Origin: Stegostoma tigrinum
Taxonomy: Eukaryota
Reading direction: 5' to 3'
Length of the DNA stretch: 64,000 nt
NCBI RefSeq assembly: GCF_030684315.1
Contig: NC_081371.1
Span: 10,113,441 to 10,177,440, forward strand
Of the stretch, positions 14,310 to 25,302 are shown in pieces. The notes under the pieces were generated by a model. It was not told the DNA's origin and made no database searches. It saw nothing but the letters and a program-made list of their open reading frames with translations. Each line of letters opens with the position of its first letter. The stretch's first letter is position 1. Both the position numbers and the translations under genes were made by a program.

Positions 14310-16320
14310 CAATTTGAGTTCTGCTCTCATTACAACCTTGGTTAAAACTTAGACAAAACAGCTGAATTCCGGAGGTGAGGTGAGAATGGCTGCCCTTAAC
14401 ATCAAGACAACATTTGACTGAGTGTACCATCTAAGAGACTGAGGAAAACTAGGAGTTGATGAGAATCAGGAAGGGAAAAAAAAACACTTTGCTGGTTGGA
14501 GCCATTGGTTGCACATAGGACGAAGGTTGTGGTTGCTGGAGGTCAGTCCCCTCACCTCCAAGACATCTCTGCAGGAATTGCTCAAGAGCGTCCTAAGCCT
14601 GACCATCTTCAGCTGCTTCATCAATGATCTTCCTTCCATCATGAAGGTCAGAAATGGGAATGTTCACTGATATGATTACACAATATAAATCACTTCGAGA
14701 CTCCTCAGATATTAAAGAATTCCAAATGCAGCAAAACCTGGACAATAGTCAGGCTTGTCTAAATGGCAGTAAGGATTTACACCACACAAATGTAAGGCAA
14801 TGACCATTTCCTGCGGTAGACTATCACCTATTCCAATGCCATTCACCTGAAATCAATGGTGCTGAGGTTGAGGGTGGACAGCATTAAGTTCTTTGGAGTG
14901 ATGATAATGGACAACCTGTCTTGGACTTGTCATGAAGATGCAATGGTCAAGAAAACACAATAAAGCCTCTTCTTCTTCAGGCAGCTATGAAAATTTGGCA
15001 TGTCCACAAGGTCCCTCACCAACTTTCACAAATGCACTGTTGAAAGCATACTGTCTGTGCGCATAATGGTATGGTATGGCAACTCCTCTGCCCAGGACCG
15101 TAAAACTACAGAAGGTTGTGTGCATAGCTCAGACCATTAAGGAAGCCAAATCTCCATCCAAAGACTCCATTTACATGGACGCTTGCCACAGAAAGGCTGC
15201 CAGCATTGAAGACCCATTTTACGCCAGCAACGTTCTCCTACAACCTCTTCCGTCAGGCAGAAGATACAGAAGCTTGAACACAGACAGCAGCTGGTTCAAG
15301 AACAACTTTTTCCCCCGCTGTTATCAGACTGAGGGACTCTAACTTCAAATAATGCTGATCTTGCCTAGCGCACGCCCTGTGCAAATTTCAATGGCTCCTT
15401 CAAACATTTTGCTGTTGATTTTTTTTACCCTATGATTTGCATGCCCTTGCTTATGATGATCTGCCTGTACTGCTAATAAACAAAGCTTTTCACCATATTG
15501 AGGTGTACATTACAAATCAAACAATGGTGCTAGCATCATAAAATCCCAGAGGTTATCATTATAAATAAAGAACAATAGTGGGCTGGACACCCAGTAGAGC
15601 CTGCTCTACCATTCAGTTGGTTCCGGGTTATTCCAACATTTTTCACGTCCACTTTCCTGCCTTTTCCCATAACCCTTGGTTCACTTATTGATCAATTTCA
15701 GCCTCAAGTATGCACAAGAACTCTGCCACAGCCCTCTGTGGGAAGGAATTCAAAAGATTCTTACCCCTCAGAAGAAATTCCTGCTCATCTGTCTTAAATT
15801 CTGAGACATTTCCCTCTGGTCCTAACTTCTCCCACAAAGGGAAATGTTCTCTCAGCATTTATCCACTCTAGCCCTGAAAAAACCTATGTGTTTCAAAGAT
15901 ATCAACTCTCATTCTTCTGAACTTGAATGAGTACCATTCTGAACCGGATTTGCCACACAAACTGCAACAGAAGGTCAGAGGCTAGGAATACTGCAGTGAG
16001 CAACTCATCGCTCAACTCTTTAAAGCCTGTCCACCACTTACAAAGGCACAAATGAAAAATATGATGGAATACGCCCAACTCGCCTGGGAGAGTACGGCTC
16101 CAGCCTCACTCAAGATGCTTTACGTGAGCCAGAACAAAGCAACCCGTTGATTGTCATCTTTTCCACTAATATCCAATCCCTCGATCATGAATTTTCAGTA
16201 GCAGCACAGCATACCATCTACAAGATGCACTGCAGAAATTCACCAAAAATGCTTAGTCAGCATCTTACAAACCCACAACCACTGCTATCTAAAAAAGTCA
16301 AGAGCAGAAAATTCATGAGG
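14310..16320 (+). mobile_element. L2/Crack-like LINE RT remnant hosting nested insertions
   Basis: Degenerate RT motifs (ALNIKTTFD, IFSCFINDL); homologous to 36620-37640 and 38720-39170. Confidence 0.7.
14864..15521 (+). mobile_element. Rex1/Babar-like LINE 3' fragment
   Basis: ORF 15076-15342 contains LQPLPSGRRYRSL; tail tacaaatcaaa; 10-bp TSD CAATGGTGCT at 14854-14863 and 15522-15531. Confidence 0.8.
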
Positions 16321-16569
16321 TGCCTACCTTCTGCCCATAAATGTGACACCAAGACTCCAGTTGCCTGCTATTTCAACACACCACTGTGTTCCCAAACCGA
16401 TATTTCTGTCAGAAGCAAGCTGCAGTCTTTCAGTCAGCCTCAGCGTAAGTAGCGCAGCGTCTTACTTTTCACCTAAGGAGTCAGCTGCTTTTAGTACTTA
16501 ACAATAGGCAAAGTGCCCTTCTTTGATATTGTATCGTTCTATGAAAGCTTGTTTAAATTATATGTCACT

Positions 16570-17021
16570 ATAAGGTTTTGGAGGAGATTTGTAACTTGGG
16601 TTGTGGGTGTTGAGGTTGGTTGGCTCGCCCAGCTAGTTTCTTGTATCGCAGACGTTTCGTTACCGTGCTGGGGAACATCCTCAGTGCAGCTTTTGACGAA
16701 GCAGCGGTGTGTTTTCCCGCCTGGTTTTCAGAATCGAGTCCGTTGAGCTAGATTGCCTCACTTCCAGTTTTCCTTCATAGTGTAGTGTATATGGGGCGAG
16801 TTCAATGTGTTTATTAATAGCATGTTTGGAGTAAATTTGTAGGTTGGGTTGTGGGTATTGAGGTTGGTTGGCTCGCTGAGCTGGCTTCTTGTATCACATG
16901 CTATTAATAAACACATTGAACACAATGACGCTTCATCAGAGGCCGCACTGAGGATATTAACCAGCATGATAACGAAGTGTCTGCGACACAAGAAACCAGC
17001 TCGGTGAGCCAACCAAACTAC
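16570..17021. mobile_element. Poseidon-like PLE derivative: partial tandem plus inverted arm
   Basis: 8-bp TSD ATGTCACT at 16562-16569 and 17022-17029; two minus-strand copies of the 3' terminus and one plus-strand inverted arm; homologous to 49060-49996. Confidence 0.85.
16648..16687 (-). ncRNA. Minimal type I hammerhead ribozyme motif
   Basis: Minus strand reads GCA CTGAGGA T GTTCCC cagcac GGTAAC GAAA CGTC/TGC: intact core, 5/6-bp stem II, 3-bp stem I, palindromic ACGT stem III. Confidence 0.8.
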
Positions 17022-18045
17022 ATGTCACTCTTTCTCCATACCTCTTTCCTCTCCTTTGCTTCAACCACACTCCCATCATCTTCCTTCCTGTACACATCTC
17101 TGGTCCCTTTCTATTTTCTCTTTTGTTTGTTCCTCTAGCCAGCACTTCTGAATTGTACACACATCGCCGCCACCAACCACACCCCAAAAAAAACTACCAC
17201 CACCACCATATAGCATACCCAAATATGAACTCCCATCCTTAATATCCACCTGCTCACCTACTCCTGCTATCATCCAGGTTGCTTTCAGCTTGCTGCTCTC
17301 AGCTTTTGTTGTCACTTATTCAGCTTCTCTTCTGTCCTGGCCTGCTATCAATAATCCCCTCATTTGCCTACCCCTTTCATATCTCTGTCTCTACCTATCT
17401 GCTCACCTCTTCCGCCAAATTCATCTTCAGCATAAATATCATTTTTTCCTAGCCACTATCAGTTCTGGTAAAGAGTCACTAGACTCAAAACGTTAACTCT
17501 GCTTTCTTCCCCCAGCTGCCAGACCTGCTGAGCTTCTCCAGCAATTTCTGTTTCAGATCTCCAGCAGCTGCAGTTCTGTGCTTTGTTTCAGAGTTGTAAC
17601 TAGCAGTTTAAGTTAATAGTTCATAATTGTTTACCTATGTTTAGAATTTCATTATTTGTAATAAAGAGTTCTTGTTTCATACAAAAACCTGGTCAGTGTT
17701 TTCTGTTAAACTGAGGTAAATCGGGGACTTCAAGTACTTTGATCCTGGAAATTGTGGAGCTCGAGTATCAGTGTTCTTACTGGATCATGTCAAGACAAAA
17801 TAAGGAGAAACTGTTTCCAGTGTGACAAGATCAGTAATCAGAGGGCACAGATTCAAAGTTAATTTCTCATTTTATTCCTTTTTTTTTTCAAAGAAATCTA
17901 TTCACACAACAAGCTATAATGATTTGGGATGTGGTATCTGAAAAACCTGATGCAAGCATGTTCAATAGCAACTTTCAAAGGAGAAGTGGATACTTTGGAA
18001 GAAAAAGGTTAATTGAACCGCTCTGTCAAAAAGCTAAATCATGTT

Positions 18046-18283
18046 CAATAGGCTAAGTGTCCTTCTTTGATACTGTATCATTCTATGAAATTTTAAAAAA
18101 TTATATGCCACTTTTTCTCCATGCCTCTTTCCTCTCCTTCCCTTCAACCACACTCCCATCATCTTCCTTTCTGTACACATCTCTGGTCCCTTCCTATTTT
18201 CTCTCATGTTTGTTCCTCTGGTCAGCACTCCCGAATTGCCCTGCCCACCACCAATATATAACATACCTGAATTTAAACTCCCA
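18046..18283 (+). repeat. Local duplicate of 16503-16569 plus 17030-17226 (empty-site paralog)
   Basis: Colinear similarity (also visible as ORFs 16957-17187 vs 18034-18423); lacks the 16570-17021 insertion. Confidence 0.85.
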
Positions 18284-19169
18284 ATTAAGGAATAGGATTT
18301 CAAATATGGCGACCATTTGTCCAGCTCCCCATGTAACTTTAATATGTTATTAATGTAACATGCATCAATATACCCTACAGATTTAACAGTATGCCTTCCA
18401 CTAGCAGAACAATTATTTGGCACGAGAATATGCCCAGAAGCAATTACTCAACGTCAGAAATTTGAGCTACTGTATTGCATTTCAGCTTTGAGGGGATGAA
18501 GAGTGGGCCACAGCACTAGATGAAAGGAATGGTAACTGCAGGGTAGGTAGGAAAATGAGAGACAATGAAGTTAGGCAAATGAGGTCATGACAGATAGGAA
18601 GGAGAGAAGAAGGAAGCCAGAAAATAAAATGATCAAATTATATTTCCTACCTCTTCCCTTTAAGAGCAACCTGTTCATTCTCTATGTTTTCCCCCTTCAC
18701 TCCTCCATTCCTGTCTCCTCTCCCTACTTTGTGCAGTCCCACCTTCTCATCTCATTAGGGGTGAAGAATTAGGGAACACTGAACAGGTACAAGGCCTTCT
18801 GAATGCTCTGGCACATTGCAGGTGATACAGTACATGATTATTTGATCGTCAGTTACTCTTGAATAATTCCATTTTGTTTAAAAACAAACTGCAACATGGG
18901 ATTATAAAAGACCTGAGTGGTATGATGTCTGTGTTGGAAGTATCTTGCAAAAGACCCCAATTAAGCCAATCAATATTATGTCATCAGCACAGTCATCAAT
19001 TGCAAATACAATTTATTGCAATACAAACAATGATAGAAAGCTCTCCCAACGCTTGTTTCTGAAGCAACAGAACGGTAAAATGACTTAGAAAGAAAATTAT
19101 TTCTAATCAGATCCAAGTTAATTTATGATCCAAGGACATGCATCAATTTATTTTCTCAGAATCACATAC

Positions 19170-19254
19170 CTGAAAAGCAATAGCTTGACTCAAGCTTTCA
19201 AGGGCAGGGTCTTCTCCTTCGTCTTCACTTTCTTCCTGCTGCTCCTCATCCTCA
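19170..19254 (-). CDS. ZCRB1: ZCRB1 coding exon 6 (EDEEQQEESEDEGEDPALESLSQAIAFQ)
   Basis: ttttcag acceptor, CAG/gtatgt donor, 85 nt, phase consistent. Confidence 0.96.
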
Positions 19255-19335
19255 CTGAAAATGCAGAAACATTTATTTTGATTTGCCCTCAAAACAACCC
19301 ACTTTTAAACAGGTCAAACAATGCAATATACCCAC

Positions 19336-19445
19336 ATTTCTTCTGGCTCAGTGATTTTTTTCTTTTTCTTTTTCTCTTTCTTTTTCGGAGGTTCTCGCTC
19401 TCCAAGCATATTTTTTGGGCATGCATAACTCAAATGGCCATAATC
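19336..19445 (-). CDS. ZCRB1: ZCRB1 coding exon 5 ([35 protein letters not shown])
   Basis: tgcag acceptor, gtgggt donor, 110 nt; second half of the CCHC knuckle and a Lys-rich tract. Confidence 0.95.
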
Positions 19446-21220
19446 CTGCATTGAGAAATGAAGATCACAGTTTCAAAACTGCATTTTTTACTTCTATCTG
19501 AAACACATTTCAAAATCTCAGCTTTAGAGATAAGACAAACTCTTTACTAAATCTTCAAGAGAAATGCTTGTTGTGTGTAGTGTAATTACACTTTGAACGG
19601 TAAATTCAAAATTTACAAATTTATTACTTATAGAAATCTTAGAGATATTAAATTGCTCGCAGACTGATCATTTGTATGTAAGTTGCTGCTGATGCTCAAG
19701 CTGAAGAAACAAAAATGTCAATGCACTAACATTCACTTTCTCAGGATCAAAGAAATATTGCCTAGATAATATCCTTTGCAGGAGACAAGGTTCCATCTTC
19801 ACATTGAGGATATTTTTCATCGTACTGTGTGGTATTATGCCAAATGGAACCGATTTCAAACAGATCGAACAACTCAAAGACTAAATATAAATGAGGCACT
19901 GTGGAATTCAGCATAAAAGTTACGTTCAACCACAACCTGTAAACTCAAGATCCAGCATATACTCATTCTCCTATTACTATCGAACCAGTTGCTCAACCCT
20001 GGTTCACTAGGGTGTACAGGGGGACTTACAAGGAGCAGCATCAGGTATTACTGAAAATGAGTTTCTACCAGCAAAGCGAAGACATAGGACTACTGGCATA
20101 CCAAGGAACACAATCAATATGCAATACACAGAACTGAGTAATCCCACAATCAACAAGTCAGATCTAAATTCTAATCTGGTCATATCCAACTGTTAACGGT
20201 GGTGGCAAATTAAAGAATCCACTGGAGGTGGCTGCTCCACAAATATTTCCATTTTGAAAGATGGGCAGTTCAGCTCGCCAGCACAAAAGACAAAGCTGAA
20301 GCATTCATAAGCATCTTTAGCCATAAGCATTGAGTGAGCAATCCATCTCAGCTTCCACTGGAGATTCCTGGCAAAACAGATGCCAGAGAACAGCTAAATC
20401 AACTCACTACACATGATATCAAGAAATGCCTGACAACATTTTGGCATGAGTACTGAAGACTGATGTTCCCCAACTAACTATGTCTCTACCAAAACAGCTC
20501 CAGTACAATTGCAACAGCCAGCAATATGGAAAATCTGCACAACTATGCCCTGTGCACAAAAAGAGTAAATTCAGCCCAGCCAGTTACAATTTCTTGAATA
20601 TATTCTCAATCATCAGCAAAACAATTAAAGGCCTTGTAAACAGTGGTATCAAGTGGCACTTATTCAACAAACACCAGCTCAGTAATGTTTACTTTGGGTT
20701 TCACCAGGGCCACTCGGTTCCTGACCTCATTACAGCCTAGGCCCAAAAATGAACAAAACAACTGAACTCAAGAGACGAAGTAAGAACAACTGCTCTTCTG
20801 GTCAAGTTATCAAATCACATTTTGACTATCAACTTTCTTTCCAAGATTCAATTCTGTGGCTGCTTTTAATTTGTTCTCGACTAATTATTCTCGGGTTAAT
20901 ACACATCAACATACATGACATTCACTATGTATCATACTTGCAGCAGCACAAATTACAGTTGTGCATGAATTTATTGGCTGATCTGGATTGTGCATGTTAC
21001 AAGAACAAGGAGCTGTGTGCTTAACGGCACGTTTCCCACGTCTGTGCATGGTGAATTGATTTTTGCACATTTTTAGATTTTATTTTACACTAGAAGATGT
21101 TAATTCACATTTTGGATAATTTAACCCAAAGCTATACCTCTTCAATCTCTTTTATTGTACTGTAATGCCAATAAAACCTAATAATTGTATTTATGTTTTG
21201 CATTTGAGCGTTGTACTCAC

Positions 21221-21328
21221 ACCACATTCATAACATCTAGATTTGTCTGTGTAATTCCGCCGCCTTATGAATTCAGACGCTCTACCATTGTCAACTGCAA
21301 TACTTGCTTTCACTGTTCTGCCAAACAA
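21221..21328 (-). CDS. ZCRB1: ZCRB1 coding exon 4 ([36 protein letters not shown])
   Basis: ttgcag acceptor, gtgagt donor, 108 nt. Confidence 0.97.
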
Positions 21329-21423
21329 CTGCAATTGACAAGAAAAACAATGTTACGTCAAAGACAATTCTTATTCAATTGAAAACAAAATTAAAATGGA
21401 ATTGAAAACAAATCATAGCTCAC

Positions 21424-21535
21424 TTGCTTGTTGTTAAGTGCCCTCGTACAGTTATATGCTGATTCTCTATCCAGAAATAGAACAAATGCCACACCTTTAC
21501 TTTTTCTGGAATCTTTATCCCTCAATACTGTAACT
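21424..21535 (-). CDS. ZCRB1: ZCRB1 coding exon 3 ([37 protein letters not shown]; RRM RNP1)
   Basis: tttacag acceptor, gtgagc donor, 112 nt; RNP1 motif KGVAFVLF. Confidence 0.97.
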
Positions 21536-22137
21536 CTGTAAACAAATGGATGCAGTCTCAGCAAATAAAAACCATAAAAGGTCACTGAACAAAACAGTCT
21601 TCACAGAAGGTTATAAACAGTGGTTAATTTACTTTCCATGGAAGCAATGTTGCAAGCAAATCAGAAATCTTAACATAATATTTTACACCATATTACCAAA
21701 ACCAATAAAGCTACTCAACGCAGTGACCAAATTTCAGTCAATTTAAATTCTATTCTTTATTTCTACTAAGTTAAATGAAATCTTTAATTTCTCAAACTGT
21801 CTGAAGTGCTCTACCTAATTTAAACAAATAGAAATTTTCACAAAACACTCCAATCACGAGAGGTAGTTTTATAGGTACTAGCTTAAAAAAACAATTACCG
21901 ACTCCACGAAGGCTTGGTAAAAGAACATGATGTATATTAGCCTGGATTTTACAATTGCTGTTGACCTCAAATAAATCATCACAGTAATCTAGTCATACTC
22001 ATGACAGAACTTTAACTTGTTCCGTGAGCAAGTGATTAGAAGGCTCATTCACGAGAATTTCCATGTTGAGCTGCTTGGAAATCATCATGCAAAATTTCCT
22101 TGTTGATGTAGCAGCATAACAGCACTAATTATCAAAT

Positions 22138-22698
22138 TGTTATGACCAATGGATTTCTTAAAATGGTTAAGTTTTAAACTGTCTTCTTTACTTCAAGGTG
22201 AGATGAAAATAGTCTGGGGGCGGCGGGGGAGAAATGTGATATTCTACAAAATCTGCCTGAAAAAAAAAGCCCACGAAATAAGGTCCAAAATTCAATACTC
22301 GGATGCAAAAAAGGCCTCTAAGGCAGTCAGACATGTGGATCTGGGAAGGAAGGCCTATAACAGATTCTGCTATATTAGGTAGAGATGATGATGGGTTTTA
22401 GGTTAGTCACTAAGGGAAAAGATACTTCGCAAGCATAGGGCTTTCAACACTGGGCTGCATTTCTGCTGGAAGTATGGGGTAATGTGTAAACTGTGTGGCA
22501 TTTTTGTTTGTTAATGGGGAATATCTTTGCTGTCGTTTAGTATATCAGTTGCTTATTATGTAATGTTTACTCAATGTTAGTTCTAGTTTATTAAGTTTTA
22601 AAATGTGAAATTTCAATGTGTGATTCCTTGCATTGAAGACTGGGAAATTCACTCTTCTGTTTTAAAAAAAATTATTGGTCTCGATTGAGATCATAACA
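22138..22698 (+). mobile_element. Probable solo LTR
   Basis: Bounded by TGTTATGA...TCATAACA (TG..CA, 8-bp inverted termini); the same GATCATAACA end occurs at 57549; sits within a SINE remnant. Confidence 0.4.
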
Positions 22699-23159
22699 AA
22701 ACCCACCCGACTCACCAACTTCCTTTAACAAAGGAAACTGCCATCCTTACCTGGTTGGCCTACATGTGACTCCAGACTCATAAACGTGATTGATTCAAAG
22801 GGATGGGCATTAAATACTGGCCCTGCTAGCAATACTCACCTCTCGTAAATGAGTAAAAGAAAGTCACTTAATGTTATACAGAATGAATTAAAGATTTGTA
22901 CTTTAAATAATGAATTAAGGTAGAAGCTGAAATATCATAAACATACTAATGCTTTGTTTAGCTGTTTCAAAGATCTGACAATTGATTACAATGAGATATT
23001 CCACATGCCATAAGTGAAAATATCACCTTTAGGGCCAAATTGGTTACTCAACAGTAGTCATTACTCAGATCACCATTCAAAATCAAGGCACATCCCATTA
23101 AATAAGTCTTAATTTTGTATGGGAATTCTAAAGTCAAATACAAGTGGTTAGAAATTATA

Positions 23160-23210
23160 GATAATGGGAACTGCAGATGCTGGAGATTCCAAGATAATAA
23201 AATGTGAGGC
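23160..23210 (-). mobile_element. 51-bp insertion of the extreme 3' end of the Neptune-like PLE
   Basis: gataatgggaactgcagatgctggag... flanked by 15-bp TSD TGGTTAGAAATTATA (23145-23159 and 23211-23225). Confidence 0.9.
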
Positions 23211-25273
23211 TGGTTAGAAATTATACTTCAGTTATACGACGCCCAAGTTGGGCCACATCTGGGAGTAATTAGATAGGTTTTGGACACTGTACCTCTGGAA
23301 GGATATAATGATTTGCATCAAATGCTTAATTTGCAGTCAGGTTCAAACAGGTGATAACAGAGTCAAAGTTCAGTCAAAAGGTTTTTATGGATTCCAGGTT
23401 GTTATATTCATGAAAGTAGAAGCACTGGCAAAACATTTGGTAGACTATGCATTTCAAATGGCAATTTGAAGTATTTTTGGCAAATTTTGTAGATTACACA
23501 GTGAAGTTCAATGGCCTCAGCACATAAACTTTGGTTGATGCTTTTGTGTAATACTGAGGGTTTGCTGAACTCTCCAAAGCATCTTTTGAAGTGCCAAATT
23601 GCGCGGTTTTAGTGAACATTAGAAATAGAAAAAGAACTGATGTGCTAATACAAGAATTTAATTCAAATTTGATTGTGCAGATATTTTCTTGGAATCCATG
23701 AAGTTAATGGATCATTGAGCCTCAAACTGTCTGATATCTAATTCATAAGGTTGCATATCCCAATGAATCTAACAATGCATTATGTTTACAGACAATTTGA
23801 ATATTTGTACTTCTCCAAAGTGTCTGTAAATTCATTCCCTTTTCCCTGAACTTGATTAAACTTACTACATCTCTTTTTCTCCTCAGTTCTGGTTTAAAGC
23901 CATAATTTGAAATGTTAACGCTTTCACTCTTCACTAATGCTGTTAGACCCACTGATAAGCAGGTATACTTGGAATCACTTCATTTAAAACCAGCTAAAAT
24001 TGCCTTTGTGTAACAAAATGAAATAATTAGCACATTACTCATTCTATCAATGGATCATCTTGCTTAAGTAAATTAATTTTTCCTCACTGCTCTCCTATAT
24101 TTTAACCTTGTCACAATCTTTGCTGGATTGATCATTCCAGATTTGTTTAGCAGTTTGTGTTAAGAAATCATTCAAATGGGTACTTAAGACGATGAGAAAA
24201 TGAGTTAAAATGTAGGTAAAGTATTTCTTGAAAGATGCCAGAGAAAAGGGAGGTGATTGGGTGGTCTTCATGACTTTAGTTCATAATTTGTGTCTCCGTT
24301 TTGTCTTGTTTCTTAACACGCACTTTGCATTCAGATTATTATTATACCCTCACAACCTATTTGGACACAACTTTTATTTCTTTACCCGTGACCAAAAAAA
24401 TATTTAATTTATTTAATCTCTCTTCTCCTATCACAGGCCTACACTTTTCAACATCCAAAACTTCCTACCACTTGCTAAAACAGACCTAATGCATCATATT
24501 TAGATTTCCAATATTCCTAATAAAGGATCATTGTTTACTGGGAATGTTTATGCTGCTTCAATCCAATGAAGTTGCCCGAATAATATCCAGCATTTTCTGT
24601 TTTTATTTAAAATATGGGTAAATTTCCATTCAAAATAACAGTCTTGAACTAAATACATGGCTAAAATATTGTTTAAAAGTAATGACTTTTGCAAGTTACA
24701 CTTCAAAGTTTGAAAGAATGGGACTTAGCAAATCCTTTAAACTAAAATTTGATTTCCTGTCACTTGAAACTAGCTGCTGTGTTTGTTAGCATGGTCATCT
24801 CGTGCAACCCTGGAAAATTTAATTAACACTTTTAAACATTGAAATGTCATGATTAATAAAAAGAACAACTGAAAGTTATGAATATATCTGAGGTGATTAA
24901 TACAGAGTATGATACTAGTGATGATCTCTCCTCCACTACTTGAGCATCAGAATCCATTTAATGGTGGACAATTTCAAAAAACTGGATTAATGTGATTGGC
25001 TGGTATACCTTATTGAGGAAATATTGTTAACAGAGATGATATTTCATTTCAGAAGTCCTAGAACTAAAGCTTTCTAAATGTCCACACCAAGTTTACGGTA
25101 TTTAAATCAGGTTACATCAACATTACTACGGTGAACTTTGGTCTATCATTTTAAAAAAATGACCTTGGAAATGTTAGGTCATTTGCTTTTGAAAGAAAAG
25201 GCAAAAAAAATTCTATCGATACCAGAAATTTACAAATAATTTATGTCATTAGAAATTCTGACGTTTCACTTAC

Positions 25274-25302
25274 TTGACCACTGTGCCATACTTGGAAAAA
25301 AT
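25274..25302 (-). CDS. ZCRB1: ZCRB1 coding exon 2 (IFSKYGTVVK), 29-nt micro-exon
   Basis: ttttactttcag acceptor, AA/gtaagt donor; restores the frame between the flanking exons. Confidence 0.95.

Larger units (their letters stand above)
16320..17590 (+). mobile_element. Old Neptune-like PLE 3' remnant, interrupted
   Basis: GIY-YIG C-terminal remnant (PVACYFN) at ~16355; terminal module with decayed hammerhead agttctggtaaagagtcactagactcaaaacgttaact at 17461-17498. Confidence 0.65.
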
